DNA from: Dehalococcoidia bacterium
GTDB lineage: Bacteria; Chloroflexota; Dehalococcoidia; Lucifugimonadales; VXLM01
Assembly: GCA_965220255.1 (NCBI GenBank)
Contig: OZ244816.1
Span: forward strand, 779,720 to 843,719
Direction of reading: 5' to 3'
Length of the DNA: 64,000 nucleotides
This document shows positions 48,180 to 56,261 of this stretch, one piece after another. The notes under the pieces are model-generated. The model was not told the DNA's origin and ran no database searches. It saw only the letters and a program-made list of their open reading frames with translations. Each line of letters opens with the position of its first letter. Positions within the stretch are counted from its first letter, which is position 1. The position numbers and the translations under genes are program-made.

Positions 48180-48859
48180 CAATGACGAACACTACTACCG
48201 ACGACCTGCAATCTGAAACCGCCAGCGGTGTGAACGGTCTCCCCAAGGAGGAACGAGTCCGGCGGCTCGTGCCGCACCTCAGGGAGGTCCTTAGTCTGCT
48301 CGGCGAGAACCCCGAACGAAAGGGACTACTCCGCACCCCTGAGCGATGGGCGGAGGCCCTGCTGACCTACACGCAGGGAACGTCGGCGAGTCCCGAAGAC
48401 CACCTGCGGGTGATCTTCGAGATGGACGGCGACGACTACCCCGTCGGGTCCGACGACATGATAATCGTGGACAACATCCACTTCACGTCCACGTGCGAGC
48501 ACCACATGGCCCCCTTCAGGGGGACGGCGCACGTCGCGTACATCCCGAACCCGGAGAGTCGCATCGTGACCGGCCTCTCCAAGATTTCCAGGGTGGTCAC
48601 GCTGTTCGCGAGGCGGCTGCAGATCCAGGAGCGGATGACGCAGCAGATCGCGAGGGCGATCGACGATCACCTCGAACCGCTGGGCGTCATCGCCGTGGTG
48701 CAGGCCGCCCACTTCTGCATGATCCAGCGCGGCGTCGAGCAGCGCGAGAGCACCACCATCACGACCGCTCGACGGGGCGTCTTCCTCACCAAGCCGGAGC
48801 TCGAAACGCGGTTTCTCGAATACCTCAGGATGCAGGACGGCAAGCCGGAAGTTGTGTGA
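48176..48859 (+). CDS. folE: GTP cyclohydrolase I
   Basis: FTSTCEHHMAPFRGTAHVAYIP, ...RLQIQERMT.QIA; 4-nt overlap with queD. Confidence 0.92.
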   Translation: MTMTNTTTDDLQSETASGVNGLPKEERVRRLVPHLREVLSLLGENPERKGLLRTPERWAEALLTYTQGTSASPEDHLRVIFEMDGDDYPVGSDDMIIVDNIHFTSTCEHHMAPFRGTAHVAYIPNPESRIVTGLSKISRVVTLFARRLQIQERMTQQIARAIDDHLEPLGVIAVVQAAHFCMIQRGVEQRESTTITTARRGVFLTKPELETRFLEYLRMQDGKPEVV

Positions 48860-48964
48860 GGGGGGGCAGGTTTGCCTTGGCGGAGATTCTGCGGGAATGT
48901 TGGAGGGGACGGCGTGCGAGTACAGACACAGCCTACAGTCTCCCCTCTTGTTTTGTAGTATCCT

Positions 48965-49273
48965 GTGGAATACAATACCGTAGTGGTTGAAGTTCGCCAG
49001 ACCGAGGTTTACGCTCGTTGGTTCAGACGGCTTCGTGACCGACAGGCGCGGGTGCGCATCGACAACCGCATCCGCCGGCTGTCCCTCGGTAATCCCGGAG
49101 ACGTGCGGCCGGTAGGCGAAGGAGTTTCAGAGATTCGCATTGACTATGGGCCGGGCTACCGGGTGTACTTCGCACAACTAGGCCGGACTCTGGTTGTCCT
49201 CCTGGCGGGAGGCGACAAGGACAGCCAGTCGCGGGACATTCAAAGGGCGTTGGAACTGGCCAGGGGACTATAG
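48965..49273 (+). CDS. Addiction-module killer protein (HigB/RelE-like, Gp49 type)
   Basis: F..W...L.D..ARVRIDNRIRRLSLGNPGDVRPVGEGVSEIRIDYGPGYRVYF. Confidence 0.8.
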   Translation: MEYNTVVVEVRQTEVYARWFRRLRDRQARVRIDNRIRRLSLGNPGDVRPVGEGVSEIRIDYGPGYRVYFAQLGRTLVVLLAGGDKDSQSRDIQRALELARGL

Positions 49274-49279
49274 GAGGAA

Positions 49280-49591
49280 GTGGCAATGGCAAAGACACAG
49301 ACACGGCCCTGGGACCCGGCGGAGCATCTGGAGACTGAGGAAGACATGGCCGCCTACCTGAATGTAGCCCTAGAGGAGGGTGACCTGAGTTTGATTGTGG
49401 CCGCTCTTGGAGACATTGCCCGCGCCAGGAGAATGTCTACAGTGGCGCGAGATTCCGGTTTGGGCAGGGAGAGTCTCTACAAGTCGCTGTCTCCCAACGG
49501 TAACCCGGAGTTCGCCACCGTGCTCAAGGTGGTGCGCTCACTGGGGCTTCAGTTCCATGTTTCCGCGGCGCCCGGAACAACCGGCGACTGA
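49280..49591 (+). CDS. Addiction-module antidote protein (HigA family HTH)
   Basis: PWDPAEHLETEEDMAAYLNVALEEGD...IARARRMS.VARDSGLGRESLYKSLSPNGNPEF.TVLKV. Confidence 0.8.
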   Translation: MAMAKTQTRPWDPAEHLETEEDMAAYLNVALEEGDLSLIVAALGDIARARRMSTVARDSGLGRESLYKSLSPNGNPEFATVLKVVRSLGLQFHVSAAPGTTGD

Positions 49592-49648
49592 ACGGCGTAT
49601 TTGGAGTGGTCCCTCGCACGGTCGGTAAATCGTCAGCAACCACCGCAA

Positions 49649-49740
49649 GCGTTCAGAGTCGGTGAGAGAAATACCTCGCGCCTTCAGATTCCCGCCCCGT
49701 ATCGCTGTACGGGGTGACGTTCTTTCGCGGGAATGACGGT
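49649..49740. repeat. REP-F-like element (left IR gcgttcagagtcggtgaga + long REP-A 49686..49739), right IR not recognisable
   Basis: Shares left arm and internal hairpin with 12187/37649. Confidence 0.5.
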
Positions 49741-49832
49741 GGGTGGGCTCCCGTTCGGTTCGTGCATGGTTCAGATCTGCTTCGGGTAGGAGCGGCGTAT
49801 GGTACGATGTGCTACCGATCAAGGGAGTCACC

Positions 49833-50876
49833 ATGCCGACGCTTGGACTGATAACGCTCATAGGATCGGGAGAGACCGCGCCGAGCGGTCGCGCACTGTA
49901 CGAACCGGCGTTTGACAGGCTGCCCAAGCCGGTGAAGGTCGCGGTCATGGAGACCCCGGCGGGGTTTGAGTTGAACTCGCCGCATGTGGCGAGTCGCGTT
50001 TCCGAGTTCATCCGGCACAGGCTGCAGAACTACAAGCCCGACGTTACCGTAGTTCCCGCGCGGCGGCGCGATACGGAGTTCGGCACGAACAACCCGGACA
50101 TCCTGCGACCGCTTCTCGACGCCGACTGCATCTTCATGGGGCCGGGGAGCCCCAGCTACGCCGTGCGTCATCTGACGGGAACCTACGCATGGGACATGAT
50201 ACAGGCGCGTCACCGCCTCGGCGCATGCCTGACGTTCGCCAGCAGCGCGGCCATAGCCATCGGCGAGACGGCGGTTCCGATCTACGAGATCTACAAGGTC
50301 GGCGACGATCCTCACTGGATACCTGGGCTTGACCTGCTCGGCCCATTGGGACTCAGGATCGCCTGCGTCACCCACTGGAACAACACGGAGGGCGGCGCGA
50401 ACCTGGACACGAGCCGGTGCTACATCGGAAGGGCCAGGCTAGAGACGCTTCTCCCCGCCCTGTCGGACGGCACGGTCGTGGTGGGAATCGACGAGCACAC
50501 CGCGCTCACACTCGACTTTTCGGAGCGAACATGCAGGGTTCTGGGCAAGGGAACCGTCACGCTCGTTGACGACGGGAAAGAGCGAGTATTCCGGGTCGGC
50601 TCAGACTTCCCCATGAGCGAGCTTGGCGACGTCCGCATACCGGACGATTCGGAGGGCATCCGCCCGGAAGTGTGGGAGGAGATGTCTGATGTCCAGCGGA
50701 CGAGGGACGAAACCACGTCGACACTGCCTGACGAGGCGGCAGCCCTCATCGCCGAGCGCGAGGAGGCCCGACGCATGAAGGACTGGAACAGGGCCGACAC
50801 GCTTCGGGATCAAATTGCCGAATTGGGCTACACCGTGACCGACACGCCCGAAGGGCCGAAGTGGGAGGTCGCTTAA
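49833..50876 (+). CDS. Peptidase S51/cyanophycinase-like (class I glutamine-amidotransferase-fold) domain fused to a CysRS C-terminal-like helical tail
   Basis: Start MPTLGLITLIGSGE (RBS aagggag). FMGPGSPSY and FASSAAIAIGE resemble S51 motifs. The C-terminus EREEARRMKDWNRADTLRDQIAELGYTVTDTPEGPKW matches the last ~45 aa of cysteinyl-tRNA synthetases. Confidence 0.55.
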   Translation: MPTLGLITLIGSGETAPSGRALYEPAFDRLPKPVKVAVMETPAGFELNSPHVASRVSEFIRHRLQNYKPDVTVVPARRRDTEFGTNNPDILRPLLDADCIFMGPGSPSYAVRHLTGTYAWDMIQARHRLGACLTFASSAAIAIGETAVPIYEIYKVGDDPHWIPGLDLLGPLGLRIACVTHWNNTEGGANLDTSRCYIGRARLETLLPALSDGTVVVGIDEHTALTLDFSERTCRVLGKGTVTLVDDGKERVFRVGSDFPMSELGDVRIPDDSEGIRPEVWEEMSDVQRTRDETTSTLPDEAAALIAEREEARRMKDWNRADTLRDQIAELGYTVTDTPEGPKWEVA

Positions 50877-50911
50877 TCTCAGGTGGGCACTACCCGACCG
50901 GAGAAGATGGA

Positions 50912-52849
50912 ATGACGCAGAAACGCATCGCGCCGTACGGCTCGTGGAAGTCACCGATAACTGCAACCGCCATAGCCTCAGAGTCGTTCGGGCTGGCGCA
51001 GGTAGCCATAGACGGCGACGACCTGTACTGGACAGAGACTCGACCGTGGGAAGGCGGACGGAGCGTCATCGTTCGGCAGTCGGCCGACGGCGAGAAGAGC
51101 GACGTGACTCCTGCGGGCTTCAACGTCCGCAACCGCGTTCACGAGTACGGCGGCGGGGCCTTTACGGTGCATGACGGCGTGGTGTACTTCACTAACGACT
51201 CCAACCAGCGGGTGTACGCACAGCGGCCCGGCGAAGCCCCGACTCCTCTGACGCCCGACGACGGACGGCGATACGCCGACCTCGAGGCCGATCAATTACA
51301 CAATCGCATCTTGTGCGTGTGCGAGGACCACTCCCAGCCCGACACTGAGCCGACCAATACCGTCGTCTCCATCGGCAGCGACGGCAGCGAGATCGAGACT
51401 ATCGCCCAGGGCAACGATTTCTATTCCGCGCCCCGTGTCAGTCCAGACGGCGACCGGGTCTGCTGGCTCGCGTGGGACCACCCGAACATGCCATGGGACG
51501 AGACGGAGCTGTGGGTGGCCGACGTGGACGCAGACGGCAGGGCCGAGAACGCGCGACTCATAGCGGGCGACGAATCCATCGGCGAGCCGCTGTGGTCGCC
51601 GGACGGCACGCTGTACTTCGTCTCCGACCGGACGGGCTGGTGGAACCTGTACCGCTGGGACGGTGGGGATTCCGCAACGAACGTCTGCCCGATGGAGGCG
51701 GAGTTCACCGGGCCGCAGTGGCAGTTCGGGGCCTCGCATTACGGACTCGCGCCAGCCGACGAACTCATCTGCTCCTACACGCAGGACGGCTTCTGGCGTA
51801 TCGGACGACTCGACCTGCGTTCGGGCGAGTTTGAGCCGTTCGATCTCCCGTTCACCGACCTGGCGCGTGGCGCGCTTGAGGTAGGCAACGGCTGGGTAGC
51901 GTTCATCTCAGGTTCTCCCACGCAGGCCAAGTCGGTCGTGAAGCTCGACTTGCAGACAGGAGCGCACACGGTCGTCGTGGAGTCGTCGTCGCTGGACGTG
52001 CCCGCGAGCTATTTTTCGGTGCCGGAGGAAATCGAGTTCCCCACGGAGGGCGGCCAGACGGCCCACGCCTTCTACTATCCCCCAACCAACCCCGATTATG
52101 AGGCCCCGTCCGGCGAGCGGCCGCCGATGATCGTCATAAGCCACGGCGGGCCGACGGGGGCGACCTCGGCGACCCTCGACTTGGAGACGCAGTTCTGGAC
52201 GAGCCGCGGATTCGCGGTGCTCGACGTGAACTACGGCGGCAGCACGGGTTACGGGACGGAGTACAGGCGGCGTCTGAACGGGCGCTGGGGCATCGTCGAC
52301 CTCGACGACTGCGTGAACGGCGCGAGGTACGCGGTGTCCTCAGGACGCGCCGACGGAGACCGGCTCATCGTGCGGGGGAGCAGCGCGGGAGGGTACACGA
52401 CGCTGGCGTGTCTGGCTTTCCGCGACGTGTTCAAGGCCGGGGCCAGCTACTATGGGATCGGCGACCTGGAGACGCTGGCCAGAGACACGCACAAGTTCGA
52501 GTCACGGTACCTCGACTCCCTGATCGGGCCATATCCGGAAGAGCTGGACATATACGTTCAACGCTCGCCCATTCACTACGTGGACGACATCACCTGTCCG
52601 GTGATACTGTTTCAGGGGCTTGAGGACGAGATCGTGCCGCCGGATCAGGCCGAGACGATGGTGGAGGCCGTCAAGCGCAAGGGCATACCGGTGGCCTACG
52701 TGGAATTCGAGGGCGAGCAGCATGGGTTCCGCAAGGCAGAGAGCATCGAGGCGGCCCTGCACTCAGAGCTGTACTTCTACTCGCAGGTGTTCGGCTTTGA
52801 ACTCGCGGAGCAGGTCGATCCCGTACCAATACACAATCTCAACGCATAG
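50912..52849 (+). CDS. S9 family serine peptidase (prolyl oligopeptidase / acylaminoacyl-peptidase type)
   Basis: N-terminal propeller-like region, C-terminal alpha/beta hydrolase with nucleophile VRGSSAGGYT, later D and H (EGEQHGF). Confidence 0.85.
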   Translation: MTQKRIAPYGSWKSPITATAIASESFGLAQVAIDGDDLYWTETRPWEGGRSVIVRQSADGEKSDVTPAGFNVRNRVHEYGGGAFTVHDGVVYFTNDSNQRVYAQRPGEAPTPLTPDDGRRYADLEADQLHNRILCVCEDHSQPDTEPTNTVVSIGSDGSEIETIAQGNDFYSAPRVSPDGDRVCWLAWDHPNMPWDETELWVADVDADGRAENARLIAGDESIGEPLWSPDGTLYFVSDRTGWWNLYRWDGGDSATNVCPMEAEFTGPQWQFGASHYGLAPADELICSYTQDGFWRIGRLDLRSGEFEPFDLPFTDLARGALEVGNGWVAFISGSPTQAKSVVKLDLQTGAHTVVVESSSLDVPASYFSVPEEIEFPTEGGQTAHAFYYPPTNPDYEAPSGERPPMIVISHGGPTGATSATLDLETQFWTSRGFAVLDVNYGGSTGYGTEYRRRLNGRWGIVDLDDCVNGARYAVSSGRADGDRLIVRGSSAGGYTTLACLAFRDVFKAGASYYGIGDLETLARDTHKFESRYLDSLIGPYPEELDIYVQRSPIHYVDDITCPVILFQGLEDEIVPPDQAETMVEAVKRKGIPVAYVEFEGEQHGFRKAESIEAALHSELYFYSQVFGFELAEQVDPVPIHNLNA

Positions 52850-52860
52850 AGAAGATCAAC

Positions 52861-53886
52861 ATGGCAGCGTATGAACTAGCGTCCAAGAAGGTCCAACTTC
52901 AAGAGACCGACGATCCCATCGAATACTACTTCGAGCAGGGCTGGACCGACGGTCTGCCGGTCGTCCCTCCGACTGCGGAGAAGATCGGGGCGTTCCTTGA
53001 CGCTGTGGGACGGTCGCCGAGCGAGATACTCGGCACCGAGCCGGTGCGCGGTAGGGTCGTGACGGTCGAGAAGGTCGCCATCAACGCGGTCATGGCGGGA
53101 TGCCGCCCGGAGTATTTTCCCGTGGTGCTCGCCACCATGGAAGCGATGCTGGAGCCGGACCACAACCTCCACGCCGTGACGGTGAGCACGATGGGGGCGG
53201 CGCCGCTGCTGGTGGTCAACGGGCCTGTGGCAAACGAGATTGGGTTGAACTCCGGCGTGTCGGTCTTCGGACCCGGGAATCGCGCCAACGCGACCATCGG
53301 GCGTGCGGTACGGCTCACCATTATGAACGTGACCGGAGCGGTGCCCGGCGACCTCGATCAGTCGAGCCTGGGACACGCGGGGAAGTACACGTGGTGCATC
53401 GCCGAGGACCAGGAGACCAGCCCGTGGCAGGCGCTTCACGTCGACCGGGGCTACGCCTCCAGCCAGAGCACCGTCACGGTGTTTCCCGGCCTTTCGCCCA
53501 TCCAGGTGTCCAACCTCGGGGGCGGTTCGCCGGAGGAGGCGCTGAAGGGCGTGTCGGACGGGCTGATTGTGGCCGGCCCGGGCAACGCCGAGATCGTGGT
53601 CGTGCTCACGCCTGAGACCATCGGACACATCAAGGCCGGAGGATGGTGGAAGGAGCAGGTCGCGCAGTTCCTATGGGAACGCAGCAGACTGACTGCCGGG
53701 GAGTGGGACGATCATGGATATCCCACGGGCAACACCGATGCCGCTGAGCTTGTGGGCGTGACGACAGATTGGGAAGGAATCACGGTCATCGTGGCCGGAG
53801 GCAAGGCGGGATCGTTCTCTGCCGTCATCCCGCTCTGGGGCGGTGGGGCCAACTCGCGCTCCGTCTCGAAGGTGGTCCGGTCGTAG
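52861..53886 (+). CDS. Conserved-looking hypothetical protein (341 aa), partner of the UGSC selenoprotein gene
   Basis: Long ORF with coding-like composition; YYFEQGWTDGLPVVPPT...AINAVMAGCRPEYFPVV; no family name recalled; 11 nt after the peptidase gene and 36 nt before the next gene. Confidence 0.65.
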   Translation: MAAYELASKKVQLQETDDPIEYYFEQGWTDGLPVVPPTAEKIGAFLDAVGRSPSEILGTEPVRGRVVTVEKVAINAVMAGCRPEYFPVVLATMEAMLEPDHNLHAVTVSTMGAAPLLVVNGPVANEIGLNSGVSVFGPGNRANATIGRAVRLTIMNVTGAVPGDLDQSSLGHAGKYTWCIAEDQETSPWQALHVDRGYASSQSTVTVFPGLSPIQVSNLGGGSPEEALKGVSDGLIVAGPGNAEIVVVLTPETIGHIKAGGWWKEQVAQFLWERSRLTAGEWDDHGYPTGNTDAAELVGVTTDWEGITVIVAGGKAGSFSAVIPLWGGGANSRSVSKVVRS

Positions 53887-53922
53887 TATAATGGCCGACA
53901 CGGCCAAGGGAGGTGACATTCT

Positions 53923-54459
53923 ATGACGACGATGTTGGAAGTGTTCGACCCGACGGTTGACCCGATACCCGCGCATGGAGTGGTCGCCAAGCGCCCTGAC
54001 ACGCTGAACGGGGCCGTCGTTGGCCTATTGGCGAATGGCAAGCAGAACGCCGACGAACTCCTCGAAATGGTGCATGACGTTCTCGCCGACCAGTTCGAGT
54101 TCAAGGCCGTCATCGCCCGCAACAAGGGGAACGCATCCCGCCCATGTCCCACGGACATCGTGGACGACCTGGCCTCAAGCTGCGACGTGGTGATCACCGG
54201 GAACGGTGACTGAGGGTCCTGTTCATCGTGCAGTGTGCACGACGGAATCACCCTTGAGAAGGCCGGTCTGCCGACAGCGGTGATCTGCACGGAGCCGTTC
54301 ATACCGAGCGCCCGCGCCATGGCGAAAATCCAGGGCATCCCCGACTATCCGTACATCATCCTTCCGCATCCGCTGGGCAGTCTGACGCCGGGCGAGCTTC
54401 GCAGTCACGCGGTCAAGATTGCCCCCGAGGTGCTGAGCATCCTGCTGGGGAAGGGGTAG
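53923..54459 (+). CDS. UGSC-motif protein, predicted selenoprotein (Sec = TGA 54211..54213)
   Basis: ORFs 53923..54213 and 54235..54459 share one frame. Read-through gives ...VVITGNGD-U-GSCSSCSVHDGITLEKAGLPTAVICTEPF...PHPLGSL. A hairpin lies 12 nt after the TGA. The 178-aa total fits my recollection of the UGSC (seleno)protein family. Confidence 0.7.
54214..54242 (+). other. Putative bacterial SECIS element (12-nt spacer + hairpin ucgugca-gug-ugcacga)
   Basis: Perfect 7-bp stem with G/U loop at the canonical distance from the TGA. Confidence 0.5.
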
Positions 54460-54632
54460 GCGACAGACGCCGACTACCGTCATTCCCACGAAGAGCTTGC
54501 CCCGTACCCAGATACGGGGGAGTCCTTGCATAACCCCCTCTCCCGTTCTTGGGTGAGGGTATAAACCGCCCGCTTCTGTAAGGTGCCTCGCCTCCGACTC
54601 TCGCCCGAATGACAAGTTACGCCAAAGACATT

Positions 54633-54739
54633 GTCATTCCGAGCGGAGCGAGGAATCTAAGGTGAAGTGACGTAGCGTCACGTCTCTCAGGCAAGGACTT
54701 TAGATTCCTCACTTCGCTCCGCTACGTTAGGAATGACAG
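54633..54739. repeat. REP-C inverted pair (gtcattccgagcggagcgaggaatctaa ... ttagattcctcacttcgctcc..ggaatgacag)
   Basis: Same arms as inside the MITEs at 9477 and 34581, but without the ctgacagggg termini. Confidence 0.6.
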
Positions 54740-54832
54740 TGGTCGGAGTTGTGAAAGAGCGAGGATTACTAACCGCTTTCGTGAGCGCCAACACACCCCA
54801 GACGCCCACCAGTTTCGGTCAGACTCAGCCCC

Positions 54833-55204
54833 TCACGCTATAGCGCGCCCAATCGCCAAGCCCGCGAAGGCGGCTGCGAGTCCCACGGCAATGCTGCCGC
54901 CAAGGTTGAGGGCCGCCCGTCCGATGTCGCCCGACTCGAAGCTCTGCGTCGTTGCGACGGCGAGCGTCGAGAACGTCGTGTACGAACCGAGGAATCCTAC
55001 CGCCAAGAACAGCCTGTGCTCGGTGGGAAGGTCGCCTCGCGGCTCCCAGAACGCGATGAGCAGCCCAAGGAGGAACGAGCCCGTGATGTTGGCGATGAAG
55101 GTGCCGACGAGGGTCGAGCCCATGAGGTTCATCACGGCGAGGTTGACGGCGTGACGGGATATCGCTCCGAGCGCGCCGCCACAGGCTACGTACACCCACT
55201 CCAT
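54833..55204 (-). CDS. crcB: Fluoride efflux channel CrcB/FluC
   Basis: Start MEWVYVACGGALGAISRH (ATG 55204, 123 aa); GTFIANITGSFLLG and GFLGSYTTFST motifs. Confidence 0.85.
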   Translation of the reverse strand: MEWVYVACGGALGAISRHAVNLAVMNLMGSTLVGTFIANITGSFLLGLLIAFWEPRGDLPTEHRLFLAVGFLGSYTTFSTLAVATTQSFESGDIGRAALNLGGSIAVGLAAAFAGLAIGRAIA

Positions 55205-55268
55205 AAACGAGATTCCTCCGGCGGCCTGCGTCAGAAGTCCGACGAGGGTAGCCAATCTTGACATTCCC

Positions 55269-55354
55269 CGTCATTCCCGCGAAAGCGGGAATCTATTGCC
55301 TTTCTTGAGCATCCAAGATGCCCGAACTGGATTCCCGCTTTCGCGGGAATGACG
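55269..55354. repeat. Composite of two REP-A hairpins in opposite orientation (cgtcattcccgcgaaagcgggaatctatt ... cccgaactggattcccgctttcgcgggaatgacg)
   Basis: Direct-repeat partner at 56034..56106 on the other side of hisB. Confidence 0.75.
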
Positions 55355-55401
55355 ACTTGGGGCGGGATTACAACGGAATTTCTGAGAATGTATCACCGCC
55401 T

Positions 55402-55998
55402 CTACCCGATCACGTCCTTCGTGCTCGGGACGTTGCTCATCCTGCGCTCGTCCCGCTCTGCCGCTATGCGCATGGCGCGGGCGAGGGCCTTGAAGATCGC
55501 CTCGGCCTTGTGGTGGTTGTTGGCCCCTGACAGCAGCCGGACGTGCAGGTTGAACTTGCCTTCGAGGGCGAAGCTCTCCAGGAAGTGGTGGACCAGGCTG
55601 CCGGACAGTCCGCCGAGGTCGGCATCGCCCATGGATGCGTCGATGACCGCGTAACCGCGACCGCTGAGATCGACCGCGACGAACGCCAGGGTCTCGTCGA
55701 GCGGCACGTAGGAGTGGGCGGTGCGGGTGATGCCGCGCGCATCTCCGACGGCTTCCTGTAGGGCACGCCCGAGGCAGATCGCCGTGTCCTCTACCAGGTG
55801 GTGCCATCCCACCTCGATGTCACCCTGCGCCTCGATTTCGAGGTCGATCAGGCCGTGCCTCGAAAGCTGGGCCAGGAGATGATCGAACATGCCGTTGCCG
55901 GTCTTGATGCTGTAGTCGCCCACGCCGTCGAGGTCGATTGCAACGGATATCTGCGTCTCGCCCGTTCGGCGGTCTATGCTGGCTTTCCTCGACTCCAT
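55402..55998 (-). CDS. hisB: Imidazoleglycerol-phosphate dehydratase (monofunctional)
   Basis: Start MESRKASIDRRTGETQISV (RBS ggtggagga); DHLLAQLSRHG, HHLVED, HHKAEAIFKA motifs; no phosphatase domain. Confidence 0.92.
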   Translation of the reverse strand: MESRKASIDRRTGETQISVAIDLDGVGDYSIKTGNGMFDHLLAQLSRHGLIDLEIEAQGDIEVGWHHLVEDTAICLGRALQEAVGDARGITRTAHSYVPLDETLAFVAVDLSGRGYAVIDASMGDADLGGLSGSLVHHFLESFALEGKFNLHVRLLSGANNHHKAEAIFKALARAMRIAAERDERRMSNVPSTKDVIG

Positions 55999-56033
55999 TC
56001 CTCCACCTCGCGTCATTATCCCTCGGCTCAAGT

Positions 56034-56106
56034 CGTCATTCCCGCGAAAGCGGGAATCTATTCCCCTTCCCTAACACGTTAGAAACCCGAACTGGATTCC
56101 CGCTTT
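56034..56106. repeat. Composite REP-A element, second copy (3' part truncated)
   Basis: 29 nt + 21 nt identical to 55269..55354. Confidence 0.7.
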
Positions 56107-56183
56107 AGGATACCTTTGCGTAACCGCTCTTCCACTAAGAGATTGTCCGTGAAAGGGCATCTCCCAGCTTTGGAGACGTTTCT

Positions 56184-56209
56184 GGATTCCCGCCTTGGCG
56201 GGAATGACG
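56184..56209. repeat. REP-A hairpin
   Basis: ggattcccgccttggcgggaatgacg. Confidence 0.75.
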
Positions 56210-56261
56210 CTGGTTGTTCAAAGGTCTCCTTTCGCGAGAATGACGGGAATGTCTCTATTGC

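Noticed and set aside
48965-49591. The higB-like and higA-like ORFs are in the same frame, separated by one stop, like the selenoprotein cases.
   Set aside because: The stop is TAG, not TGA. Both parts are complete, well-known separate proteins (killer and antidote), and the second has its own ATG. The same reasoning applies to 52861..53886 / 53923, which are separated by TAG plus an in-frame TGA.
55205-55401. A fluoride riboswitch (crcB motif) was expected upstream of crcB.
   Set aside because: The 200 nt upstream consist of two REP-A hairpins and a short linker. I could not find the conserved elements I remember for the motif (GGxGAUGG...CUGAUGAUGCCUAC-like 3' part). An Infernal scan would be needed to be certain.
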